This document shows, piece after piece, positions 1 to 9,778 of a DNA stretch of 64,000 nt. Position numbers and translations under genes: made by a program. The stretch is from assembly GCA_041687695.1 (NCBI GenBank), contig JAWLBL010000022.1, forward strand, positions 1 through 64,000, in the 5' to 3' direction. How positions within the stretch are numbered: position 1 is the first letter of the stretch; the number at the start of each line of letters is the position of its first letter. The notes under the pieces were generated by a model that was given only the letters and a program-made list of their open reading frames with translations, had not been told where the DNA came from and did no database searches. This DNA is from Myxococcota bacterium. Lineage in GTDB: Bacteria > Myxococcota_A > UBA9042 > PHBI01 > JAWLBL01.

Positions 1-135
1 CTGCATGATGCCGGCGACGCTCCGTCCTCGCCCGGTCCCATCACTCAGCCGGCCCGAACCGAGCCCCCGACCCATCGACTAGCCTGCTCGGTAACAGCAT
101 GGCCCAGACCTGTCAACCGAGCCAGGAGGTGATCG

Positions 136-1077
136 ATGGGACGACGACACCCCCCTCGCGCTCTGGCGGCAGGAGCCCTCGCCCTCTTCGGCCTGCTCGC
201 CCTCAGCGCTCACGCTTCCGAGCCCTCGCTGCCCGACTACCCCCTACGGCCGACCGGTTCTACGGACCCCTCGTCCGGCAGCCTGGCCTTTCAGGTGTGG
301 CGACTGGGCTCCAGCGACCCGTCCGAGTCGCGTGACGCTGCGGCCCGCCTCTTCTGGTTGGGTGAGGCCTCGCGTCCCGTGCTCGAGTCGGCCCTGGATC
401 ACGGAACCGCGACCCAGGCCGAAAGGGCCCAACGGGTCCTCGCGTGGCTCGACCGCGCGGCCGGTCTCGCATCAGCCCGATTCGACCGTCAACTGTCCAC
501 CTACTTCCATAGAACACAGGCCGTTCCCGATGACCTCGCGCCCTTCGGCTTTTGCGCGAAGGAGCCTATGTGGCCGTCGCCATACAGATGGTATCGGCAG
601 CAAACCTGCGGCCCAACGCCGGACCTGGAGCTCATCGCCGAGCCCGAGGTCCTCGTGCCCTTCAAAGGCCGCCATCGCGGTCTTCGTGTGCGGCTCATCA
701 ACTACGGAGCCGAACTCCAGGGCTTCGAATCCCAAGATGGCATGCTCTTCGTCCACGCCGAGGCCCGGGACGCCTCGGGCGAGTGGCACGCGATCGAGTT
801 TCGCGAGCCAAGCTTCTGCGGCAACAGCTACTACCCGGTGTGGCTGCTTCCCGGTCATGCGTGGGAGTTTGCGGCGCCGCGTTATGAGGGCCCTCTGCGC
901 TCGCGGCTGCGCTTCGTGCTTCCCCTCCCGGGCTCCGCACCCGTCTACTCGAACGAGATTGAGGTCGGGCTCCACCCCAAGCAGTTCGAGCGTGCTCCCA
1001 ACCGGCGTCGTCGCTCGCTCGAGGCCGTGCTGAAGCAGAACTCGACCGAGCCCCCGCCGTCCCGGAGGCGCAGGTAG
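136..1077 (+). CDS. Hypothetical exported protein
   Basis: 313-aa ORF with signal-peptide-like N-terminus (ALAAGALALFGLLALSAHA); globular C-terminal half (SFCGNSYY); no family recognised. Confidence 0.7.
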   Translation: MGRRHPPRALAAGALALFGLLALSAHASEPSLPDYPLRPTGSTDPSSGSLAFQVWRLGSSDPSESRDAAARLFWLGEASRPVLESALDHGTATQAERAQRVLAWLDRAAGLASARFDRQLSTYFHRTQAVPDDLAPFGFCAKEPMWPSPYRWYRQQTCGPTPDLELIAEPEVLVPFKGRHRGLRVRLINYGAELQGFESQDGMLFVHAEARDASGEWHAIEFREPSFCGNSYYPVWLLPGHAWEFAAPRYEGPLRSRLRFVLPLPGSAPVYSNEIEVGLHPKQFERAPNRRRRSLEAVLKQNSTEPPPSRRRR

Positions 1078-1282
1078 AGCAATCGTCCGTCACCCGGCTC
1101 CCGCGTCGGGGTATGAGCTCTCCCGCACGCAGTCGCACCGGCGCACTCGCCGCGCGGCCCGTGCGATGCATGTGAGATCCCAACCAAGCCCGAACCTGCT
1201 ATGAGCTTCGCACCGGCCCGACCGAGCCCGCGCGCTGCCAGCGTGCCGCGCCCCCCCACGCCCCCAAGCCCGGACGCTTCCC

Positions 1283-2386
1283 ATGCTCCATCGCCTCATC
1301 GCCCTCGCGTTGCTGCTGCTCACCGCCCCCGCCGCCCTCGCCAACGACGGCACCTGGGGCGGCACCGGCTCGGATCTGGTCCCGCTCGAGGAGAAGCGCA
1401 TCCGCATGGCCCGCGAGGACATCCTCATCGAGTACGTCCCGGTGAAGAAGTACGGCCCACGCTGGCTCATCACCGCCAACTACGAGTTCCACAACCCGAC
1501 CGACGCGTCGGTCACGGTCGTCATGGGCTTCCCCGAGCGCTTCTGCGACGGCGAGAGCGACTGCGGCAGCCCCGACAACCACCACACCTTCTTCGACATG
1601 AAGACCACCGTCGACGGCAAGCCCGCCCCGGTCCGCATCGGCAACGTCTCGCGCGAGGCCCACGACTGGGCCCCCGAGCTGGGGCGCGTCCACCTCTTCG
1701 ACGTGACCATCGCCCCCGGAGCGACCACCAAGGTGGTCCACACCTACCACCACGGCTACGCCGGCTCGTCGATGGGCGACTCGTCGCTGTACTACATCAC
1801 CAAGACCGGCTCCTTGTGGAACGGGCCCATCGACCACGCTCGCTTCACCATCCGCTTCCCCTACCGGCCCTGGGGGCTGGTCTACCCCAAGACCTACAAC
1901 CTCAAGTCCTACGCCACGCGCGGCCGCGCCGGAAAGCTCTCGACCGAGCTCGTCTTCGAGCAGGAGCGCTGGACCCCCACCCAGGACCTCTACCTGTCCT
2001 TCGGCTCGCCCATGACCCTGGGCTCCGACTGCCCTCAGATCCACCCGGCCATGCTCGGTGAGGCGCTCGAGACGCCCTCGCTGGCCGCCGCCCGCGAGCA
2101 CTTCGGTCAGCTCGACGACGACGCCCTGCGCCGCTGCCGCAATCTGCCCTACGCCGTCCACGGCTATGCCTTCAAGGACAAGGAACTCCAGAAGTTCTTC
2201 TATCGGCCCGGTCTCGCCGTCAGCGGCCTGTTCGACAGCACCGGCGAGCCCAAGGAGCACCTCTATCTGCCGTTCTACCCCAACCCCAGCTTCGAGCCGG
2301 GCCAGCTCGGCAAGGACGAGCACGCCTACATCAAGCTCGTCCAGCTCCTAGAGGCCGAGCGCAAGAAGGCCAGTCGATCCAAATGA
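1283..2386 (+). CDS. Exported DUF4424-like protein with C-terminal YARHG-like domain
   Basis: Signal peptide ending ALA-NDG; IRMAREDILI start typical of DUF4424; LRRCRNLPYAVHGYAFKDKELQKFF matches YARHG pattern; strong GC3 bias. Confidence 0.75.
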   Translation: MLHRLIALALLLLTAPAALANDGTWGGTGSDLVPLEEKRIRMAREDILIEYVPVKKYGPRWLITANYEFHNPTDASVTVVMGFPERFCDGESDCGSPDNHHTFFDMKTTVDGKPAPVRIGNVSREAHDWAPELGRVHLFDVTIAPGATTKVVHTYHHGYAGSSMGDSSLYYITKTGSLWNGPIDHARFTIRFPYRPWGLVYPKTYNLKSYATRGRAGKLSTELVFEQERWTPTQDLYLSFGSPMTLGSDCPQIHPAMLGEALETPSLAAAREHFGQLDDDALRRCRNLPYAVHGYAFKDKELQKFFYRPGLAVSGLFDSTGEPKEHLYLPFYPNPSFEPGQLGKDEHAYIKLVQLLEAERKKASRSK

Positions 2387-2400
2387 GTTCACCGCGCGGG

Positions 2401-4326
2401 TCAAGCGGCCCGTTGCAGCCTCCGCCGTCCGACGACCTCGACGAGGGACGCCCCACCTTGCGTCCCGATGCGCCACGAGGTGCGGCCGGCGGTCCCTTCG
2501 GCCGCGATGCGCCCACCATGCAGCAGCTCGAGGTGGCAGGTCACGCACAACGCAATGACGTTGTCGGCCTCGTCGCTGCCGCCCTGCGACCGAAACACCA
2601 GGTGGTGAGGCGTGACGTCCCGCCGCGAACACACCGGGTTGCTGCACTGCCAGCGGTCACGTCGGTAGATCTCCCGATACCGGACCTCCTCATCCAGCGT
2701 GTGCCCCCAGGCCTTCCACACTGACGCGACCAGGAAGGCGATGAAGCTGGCTCCCACGCCCGTCCGTCGCCACTCGCGCCTGACCCGCTGCCAGAACTCG
2801 GCGACGTCGGCGCGCAGCCGGAGTCGCACGGTCACCGTCCCGGCCCCGCTCCGCAGCACCAGGCGTTCATCGTCCTGAGATGCGGACATCTGGATCGTCT
2901 GCGGCGTCGAGTCGCCGTCATCCTGGCCAGGGGCGTCCGCGTCCTTGGTTGGAGCGGGCGTGCCGTCCGACTCCGAGGAGTCCCGAGCGATCTCGGGCTC
3001 CGTCCCCCTCATCGGGCCACCGGCCAGCGCCCAGGCCTCGATGGCTTGGAACTCCGCCATCAACGCGTCGCTGGGCGGCGTCGGCGCTCGCTGCTCGATG
3101 ACGGCCAGGGTCTCCACCGCGTCGACCTCCTCGCGCAAGTGCTTGACCGTCCGCTCGGTCGCCCGCGTGACCCAGGCGGCCTCGGTCCCGGCGCCCGCGA
3201 CCCGTCCCAGCAACAGCGCCGCCTCGAACCCGATGGTCCCTGCCTGCAGGGCCGCCCCCACCTCGGGCAACCGCTCGGCCCGGCGGGCCAGGGTCACTCT
3301 CGCCTTCAGCCCCGAGACCGACATCCCGACCCGTTCGCGCACGTACTGCGCCTCGCTCGCGTACCCCAGCCGCCCCCACCCGCGCGCCGCCAGAAAGCGC
3401 GCAGCGACTTCGCCCAGCGCCAGGTCTCGCCGCGCCAGCTCCGCGCACCCGGCGCGGATCACCTCGTCCAGCTCACGCTCGCCTTGTGGCAATGACTCGT
3501 CGTCCTCGTCGAGCACCGGGACCTCGACCGTCTGCATCAACTCCTCGCAGTAGGCCTCCAACTCGGCGCGCTGGGCAGCGGCAGCCTCCTGGTCGACCTC
3601 GTCCCACCTGCGCGCCGCGCCATCCTCGGAGACCGCCTCGCCCGTCAGCGCCAGGATGAGCGTGGCCGCCTCGGCGAGCATCGCGTCGACCACCTCGTCG
3701 TTGGCGGACGTCCGCGCGATCGCCCGGACCAGCCGCCGCGTCACGTCGAACATCCACGCCTCGTCCCGCGACATCGTGATCTGCAAGGTGACGCGCTCGT
3801 CTTCGGCATCGTCAGCCGTCTCCGAGGTCGCCACCGTGGCCGTCGCTCCCCCTCCGCCCTCCTTCACCATGACGCGCAGCTGCCGAACCGTCCTCGACCG
3901 CGCCAGCTCGAGCCACTCGGCCTCCGTCTCTTCGGTCGCGATTCGCCCGACTACCTCGGCCGCGCTCCACGAGATCTCGCCCCGCCTCAGCGCCTCGCGC
4001 ACCCTCGGCAACCGCGCCATCTGTCGCGCCACGACGCGCTCGCGCGCCGCCCACGCTCCGGTCCGCTCGCACCGCTCCAGCACGTACGCGCTGAAGCTGG
4101 GGAATCCCAACCGCAAGTGCCCGCCGCTGCTTCCGAGCGCCTCCAGGGCCTCGGCCACTCTCAGCCGAGCCGCCCCGACCCGCCGCCCCAACCGCACCAG
4201 AGACACGTCCATCTCGAGCAGCTGCCGCAGGCTGACCACCTCGCGCGAAGGCACCTCTCCCCGCGCCCGCGCCTCGGCCTCTTGCTTCGCACGCCACCGA
4301 GCCCATCCCGACTTCCGTTGCGTCAT
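2401..4326 (-). CDS. DUF222-like HNH endonuclease (HNH-1)
   Basis: C-terminal RDRWQC..C..HH....SQGGSD..DN...LC..CH HNH motif; two internal helical repeats (LGFPSFSAYVLER.. and LGYASEAQYVRER..). Confidence 0.85.
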   Translation of the reverse strand: MTQRKSGWARWRAKQEAEARARGEVPSREVVSLRQLLEMDVSLVRLGRRVGAARLRVAEALEALGSSGGHLRLGFPSFSAYVLERCERTGAWAARERVVARQMARLPRVREALRRGEISWSAAEVVGRIATEETEAEWLELARSRTVRQLRVMVKEGGGGATATVATSETADDAEDERVTLQITMSRDEAWMFDVTRRLVRAIARTSANDEVVDAMLAEAATLILALTGEAVSEDGAARRWDEVDQEAAAAQRAELEAYCEELMQTVEVPVLDEDDESLPQGERELDEVIRAGCAELARRDLALGEVAARFLAARGWGRLGYASEAQYVRERVGMSVSGLKARVTLARRAERLPEVGAALQAGTIGFEAALLLGRVAGAGTEAAWVTRATERTVKHLREEVDAVETLAVIEQRAPTPPSDALMAEFQAIEAWALAGGPMRGTEPEIARDSSESDGTPAPTKDADAPGQDDGDSTPQTIQMSASQDDERLVLRSGAGTVTVRLRLRADVAEFWQRVRREWRRTGVGASFIAFLVASVWKAWGHTLDEEVRYREIYRRDRWQCSNPVCSRRDVTPHHLVFRSQGGSDEADNVIALCVTCHLELLHGGRIAAEGTAGRTSWRIGTQGGASLVEVVGRRRLQRAA

Positions 4327-4352
4327 GGTCCGCTTCTCCCGTTGGACCGGCG

Positions 4353-4382
4353 ACTATGCTGCACGGGTGTTCAGTTGGTCAA
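4353..4382 (-). promoter_or_regulatory. Putative sigma70-like promoter of HNH-1
   Basis: Minus strand TTGACC-N18-CATAGT about 27 bp upstream of the ATG, preceded by an A-tract. Confidence 0.45.
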
Positions 4383-4495
4383 GAGCTTTTTTGGGGGGAA
4401 GCTCTCCATCCTCGTGGCTCAGGCGTGGGAGGGCCGCGCCCTGGGTCTCATCCCGGGTGAGTGGGCCGTGCCTTCCGCCGGGGAGCGGAGCACGC

Positions 4496-5150
4496 ATCCA
4501 GATGTCCGAATCCAGGGTCGCGATAGGCCAGGCATTGGCGCTTCAGTCCTCGACGTGTCCATCCGGATGTCCGAATCCCAGGTCGCGATAGGCTAGGGGT
4601 CGGTGGTCAGTTCTCGACGCGTCCATCCAGATGTCCGAATCCCAGGTCGCGTTCGCCAGTAGGCGTTGGCGCTCACAGTCCTTCACGCGTTCATCCTGAT
4701 GTCCGAATCCCAGGTCGCGTTCGAGCAGGCGTCGGCGCCAACAGTCCTGTCCTTCACGCGTTGATCCAGATGTCCGAATCCCAGGTCGCAATAGGCCAGG
4801 CGTCGGCGCTCAGTCCTTCACCCCGTCAATCCAGATGTCCGAATCCCAGGTCGCGATAGGCTAGGGGTCGGTGGTCAGTTCTCGACGCGTCCATCCAGAT
4901 GTCCGATTCCCAGGTCGCGATAGGCCAGGCGCCGGCGTTTCAGTCCTTCACGCGTCGATCCAGATGTCCATATCCCATGTCGCGATAGGCCAGGGGGCGG
5001 CGGTCAGTTCATGACGCGTTCATCCAGATGTCCGAATCTCAGGTCGCGATTGGCCAGGCGTTGGCGCTCAGTCCTTCACGCGTTCATCCAGAGGTCCGAA
5101 TCCGCAGTCGCGTTCAGCCACGCATCGGGGCTTCAGCCCTTCACGCCGTG
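4496..5150 (+). repeat. Tandem array of 10 units of 64-71 bp with conserved 27-nt core ATCCAGATGTCCGAATCCCAGGTCGCG
   Basis: Unit starts at 4496, 4561, 4625, 4693, 4764, 4829, 4893, 4958, 5022, 5086; linkers more variable but mutually homologous. Confidence 0.95.
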
Positions 5151-5308
5151 GCCCGTGACGATGAGACGGACTGCTCGCTGCCGCCGCATCCTGGCTCTAC
5201 GCCATCCACGGCCCCTCGAGGGAGGCCAACTCGGCCGCGACCAGGGCGACCAACTCTCGCTCGTTCAGTTCCTGCAGCGCGACCCGAAGCCGTCCCGCAA
5301 GGCCGGCT

Positions 5309-5394
5309 GACCCGCCAGCCTGCCCGGTCCAGACCCGCCAGCCTGCCCGGTCCAGACCCGCCAGCCTGCCCGGTTCCAGACCCGCCAGCCTGCC
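5309..5394 (+). repeat. 23-bp tandem repeat GACCCGCCAGCCTGCCCGGTCCA, three copies plus a partial fourth
   Basis: Directly visible; third copy has a 1-nt insertion. Confidence 0.9.
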
Positions 5395-5635
5395 GTATCG
5401 AACCGAGCCAGCGGAGGGACGCGAGCTTGCTCGCCCTTTCGCGCCGTGGCTCGCGGCCGGCCTCTACGCGATGCTGACGGGTCTGCTCGAAGGGGAGGCT
5501 ATTGAAGCATGCTGAATATGCCAGTCACGTGCGGCGAGCCGCGCGATTTCGGCCCGGTTGACGCCGTGTGCTCCAGTCCACGTCATTCGCTCGGAGGATA
5601 CGAGCTCGCTCGTGGCACCGTTCGCGCTGGCCCTC

Positions 5636-5977
5636 TCAGGGGGAGGCAAAGGGCGCTTCGGGAACTTCGGGCGCGGGGACTTCGGCCTCCGTGAGAGGGA
5701 TGGTGACGGAGCAAATGCAAACCTCCGTAGCGGCCTCGAAGCTGCATAACCAATCGTAAGGCGAGTCTCCGACGTCGGCGCAGCAGTCGGCGTCGTCGGC
5801 CACCGTGCAGTGATCCGGACAGATCTGATCGGCGACGCCATGGCAGGCCGCGATGCGCGCGGTGCCCGGCTCGATGTCTTCGAGACAGCCGGCCGGGAGC
5901 AGGGCGGCGAGCGCGAGGGCGGCGCCGAGGACTTGGCTTCGAAGCAGCGTTGCCCCTGCGTGGTTTGATAGCGACAC
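5636..5977 (-). CDS. Small Cys-rich lipoprotein
   Basis: GTG at 5977 with AGGAGG 6 nt upstream; lipobox LPAGC; CHGVADQICPDHCTVADDADCC resembles the protein at 13327-13779. Confidence 0.7.
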   Translation of the reverse strand: MSLSNHAGATLLRSQVLGAALALAALLPAGCLEDIEPGTARIAACHGVADQICPDHCTVADDADCCADVGDSPYDWLCSFEAATEVCICSVTIPLTEAEVPAPEVPEAPFASP

Positions 5978-6165
5978 GACCAGCCTCCTGGATCTTCGGG
6001 TCAGGAGGCCAGCATGCGCCGTTGGCGGGGCAAGGGCAAGGGCGATCGCCGACGCGCACGAGCTCGCTCGTGCTGAGCACCGCGCAGTCTGCTGCGTCCA
6101 AGCCGCTGGACGGCCCACGCTCGCGCGGGCTCACTTGGACCGCGCCGCCCGCGGCCCAACTGGGG

Positions 6166-6534
6166 CTATGGCTCGGAACGATCGCTTCCGTCCGAGCCGG
6201 GGGCCGACCCGGGTCTCCCTTCCATCCCGGTCGGATCGGCCATCAGCAACTCCTCGTGCAACATGAAGAGGTCGTCCATGTCCAACTGTTGCTCGCCCAG
6301 CATGTACAAGACCGAAAAGGCGGCTTCGTAGGACGCGCTCCGCACGAGGAGTGACAGGTCGCGACGCGAGGCGCCCAACGCCAGCAGTCTCTTGACGACT
6401 TCCCCTTCGTCCGAGAAGGAGCCGTTCGGTTCCAACTCCGACGCGCGGATGGAATTGTCGATCCAGTGCTCCGCCATCGCGGAGTTGATGACCTCATCCC
6501 AAACGAGCCTCAGAAACTGCTCTCTTCTCGTCAT
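6166..6534 (-). CDS. Hypothetical protein (acidic, helical)
   Basis: 122-aa ORF with RBS-like AGGAG upstream and protein-like composition; lower GC than neighbours. Confidence 0.65.
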   Translation of the reverse strand: MTRREQFLRLVWDEVINSAMAEHWIDNSIRASELEPNGSFSDEGEVVKRLLALGASRRDLSLLVRSASYEAAFSVLYMLGEQQLDMDDLFMLHEELLMADPTGMEGRPGSAPGSDGSDRSEP

Positions 6535-6572
6535 TGCAGCACGCTCTCCTGCGCTCCCGATCGGCTCTCCGA

Positions 6573-6656
6573 CGCGTGCGCGCCGACGCCCAGGAACTCA
6601 GCGCCCGCGGCGGACAACTCGGAGAACGGATCTCTGAAGTCTCGGTTGATGCCCGT
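6573..6656 (-). pseudogene. N-terminal remnant of a nucleotidyltransferase (toxin-antitoxin type)
   Basis: Reads (T)GINRDFRDPFSELSAAGAEFLGVGAHA, like the MNxDFxDxxxxLxxxxxEYLxVGxHA start of such NTases; start codon is ACG and the similarity stops after GAHA. Confidence 0.55.
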
Positions 6657-6822
6657 CGCCGCCTCGGAACGCGTCCTGCTCGCCAACCGTCTCCCAGGCT
6701 GCGGCGAAGATGGCTTCGGGACCGCAGCGGAGCCAGAACTCGCGGTCGAAGGCCCCGTCGTCCGGCTCCCCCCGGCGGAGGACCCGCGACATGGTGACTC
6801 GGCGCTCGCGACCCGTTTCCAT
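6598..6822 (-). CDS. Small protein of the type found upstream of TA nucleotidyltransferases
   Basis: 74 aa METGRERR...DREFW...PRLQRSVLRVVRR; overlaps the NTase remnant. Confidence 0.55.
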   Translation of the reverse strand: METGRERRVTMSRVLRRGEPDDGAFDREFWLRCGPEAIFAAAWETVGEQDAFRGGDGHQPRLQRSVLRVVRRGR

Positions 6823-7104
6823 GCACCCAAACTTGACCGACGTGGCAGTCGCGGTCACGGCGCGGCTCGGTGTCCTCAGGCGATAGGCCGACTGGCCATA
6901 CCCGGGGCTACGGTCGAAGCTCGATGTCACCGCTCGCGGCGCGCCGCGGAACGGCCCGCTATCCGGCGCGCCGCGGAGGGCGTTGACACGGAGGGGGAGG
7001 GCGGCGAGGGTTCGGCCATGGCAAACGCGTTCCGAGCGGTTCGAGGAGAGCAGGGCCGGCGGGTCGAGCTCGGGCGTCAGGCGAACCTTTCCGGCTCGAA
7101 GTTC

Positions 7105-7938
7105 GTGCTGCAAGCGCTCGGTGCGGACCTGACCCGGTTCCTCTTGGCCGCCACCTTCGTCGCGCTGACGGCGTGCGGGCAACCGGGCGGGACGCGATCA
7201 CCGGCGCAGGCCCCATTCCCGGAACCCCCGCCGGTCGCGCCGGCCGTGGCCGTCCTGCCTTCGCCCATCGCCATCGCGTGTGAGGCCGGGGATGACCGCG
7301 CTTGCTTGACTCTAGACAGGGCTGCGGGCGGGGACCCGGTCAGCGCGGTGCGTGAGGCGTTGCGGCGCCCGGGCGAGGCCGAGCCGACGGACGAGACGCT
7401 CCGCGATCGATGCAACGCCAAGGATGGCGCGGCCTGTTCGGCGCTCGCGCAGCGTCTGGCGGGCGCTACACCGCCGGACGAGCCGCGCGCACGGGGGCTC
7501 ACGAGGCTGGCGTGCGCGTACGGGTACTGGACGGCCTGCAACGACCTCGTCGCGCACTACGACGACCCGCTCGGGCACAAGGTCGGCCGGCAGGGCTTCG
7601 AGCGCGCCTGCGCCAGGGGCGATGGAGCCGGCTGCTACAACGCCGCCCTCCGGTATCTGCCAGGGCTCCAGGGGCTCGATGCGGACATCGAGCTGGGGAC
7701 GGGGCTGCTGAACCGGTCGTGCGAGCTCGGCTACGGGACCGGGTGCTACACGCTGGCCCATCGCCAGATCATGGCGAGTCCGCCGATGGCGCCCGAGGCG
7801 TTCGTGGCGTTGATGCGGCGCGCCTGTGAAGGGGGCTCGCCCGATGCCTGCAGCGAGCTGAAGACGCCGCGGGGTGAGCTCGAGGAGGCCTGCGAGGCCG
7901 GGGACCCGGTGGCCTGCGCGCTGCTGGGTGCGCGCTGA
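7105..7938 (+). CDS. Sel1-like repeat (Cys-rich, HcpA-type) lipoprotein; start uncertain
   Basis: Lipobox LTAC; repeated ACxxGxxxGC/AC units. Confidence 0.75.
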   Translation: MLQALGADLTRFLLAATFVALTACGQPGGTRSPAQAPFPEPPPVAPAVAVLPSPIAIACEAGDDRACLTLDRAAGGDPVSAVREALRRPGEAEPTDETLRDRCNAKDGAACSALAQRLAGATPPDEPRARGLTRLACAYGYWTACNDLVAHYDDPLGHKVGRQGFERACARGDGAGCYNAALRYLPGLQGLDADIELGTGLLNRSCELGYGTGCYTLAHRQIMASPPMAPEAFVALMRRACEGGSPDACSELKTPRGELEEACEAGDPVACALLGAR

Positions 7939-7963
7939 CGGCGCGGATCCAGCCAGCGCGAGG

Positions 7964-8593
<630 letters not shown>

Positions 8594-8688
8594 CGGCGGG
8601 CTCCGGGTAGGTGACCGCTCGAAGGTAGCCGTGCAGGAACGCTCGGGACAGGTTCGACTTCGGGACCTGGGCGTGCAAGGATGCACGC

Positions 8689-9570
8689 ATGGCCTGGGAC
8701 GACCTGCGGTACGTGCTCGCGCTGCGGCGGGCGGGGAACCTGACCGGCGCGGCGCGTGAGCTGGCCGTGGCGCGCACGACCGTGGGCCGGCGGCTCCGCG
8801 AGGTCGAGCAGCGGCTGGGGGTGCGGCTGTTCGACCGCACCCCCGAGGGCCTGGTCCCGACGGCCGCCGGGGCCGAGCTGGCCGAGGCCGCCGAGGGCAT
8901 CGAGGGCGAGGTGCTGACGGCGGAGGGGCGCCTGCTGGGGCGCGACGCCGAGCTTCAGGGCGGCCTGCGCGTGTCCACGCTTGACTTCGTGTTTGGCGGC
9001 TTCGCCGAGGTCTTCGCCTCGTTCCTCGAGCGCTACCCGCGCGTCGACCTGACGGTGTGCGCCTCGACCGAGCAGGTCTCGCTGGCGCGGCGCGAGGCCG
9101 ACGTGGCGCTGCGCCTGGCCAACGAGCCCGGCGGCGATCTGGTCGGCCGGCGCCTCGTCCGCTTGCAGTTCGAGGTGTATGCGGCGCGTTCGCTGGCCGA
9201 GCGGGTCGGGCTGGAGACGCCGCTGTCGGAGTGGCCGTGGCTCGACGCCGACGAGCGCAGCGGCAACCGTTGGCTCGAGACCTGGCGCGCGTCGCACGCG
9301 CCCGGAGCGCGCGTAGCGTTTCGGACGCCCGACTACGGCGTGATGCGTCGCGCGCTGGGGCAGGGGATGGGCGTGCACTTCCTGCCGTGCTTCGACGGCG
9401 ACGCCGACCCGACGCTGGTCTCGCTGGGCCACCGCCTGACCGAGCCGGTGCGGCATCTGTGGGTGCTGACGTTGCCCGACCTGCGCCACAACCGGCGCAT
9501 CCGCGCCTTCATGGACCACTGCTACGAGGCCTTCGAGCCGTATCGGCAGGCTGCGCTCGTCGGGGAGTGA
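8689..9570 (+). CDS. LysR family transcriptional regulator
   Basis: WDDLRYVLAL..GNLTGAAREL..TVGRRL..LGVRLFDR HTH; EADVALR. Confidence 0.95.
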   Translation: MAWDDLRYVLALRRAGNLTGAARELAVARTTVGRRLREVEQRLGVRLFDRTPEGLVPTAAGAELAEAAEGIEGEVLTAEGRLLGRDAELQGGLRVSTLDFVFGGFAEVFASFLERYPRVDLTVCASTEQVSLARREADVALRLANEPGGDLVGRRLVRLQFEVYAARSLAERVGLETPLSEWPWLDADERSGNRWLETWRASHAPGARVAFRTPDYGVMRRALGQGMGVHFLPCFDGDADPTLVSLGHRLTEPVRHLWVLTLPDLRHNRRIRAFMDHCYEAFEPYRQAALVGE

Positions 9571-9591
9571 GCGCAGGGAGGGCCGATGTCG

Positions 9592-9728
9592 GGCTGGCTG
9601 GAAGCCGACGGCCCCGGGCAGCCGACGCGAGGGCAGGATGCCGATCGGGCCGGCTGGAAGCCGGCGATCCCAGGACCCGGCGCAGGCACGGTCACTGCCT
9701 CGGGCCGGCTGGAAGAAGGCGATCCCGG
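9592..9728. repeat. Cluster of 3 REP elements (GGCCGGCTGGAAGCCGGCGATCCCAG type)
   Basis: Exact copy at 9648-9673, degenerate copies at ~9592 and ~9703; same sequence flanks the RAYT at 43.7-44.7 kb. Confidence 0.85.
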
Positions 9729-9778
9729 ATAGTGGACGCGCCCGACCGGCAGGGCCGAGCGCGCCCACCTCGGGTTGG

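Noticed and set aside
4496..5150. CRISPR array
   Set aside because: Inter-core segments are homologous to each other (two are identical), and no cas genes are in the window
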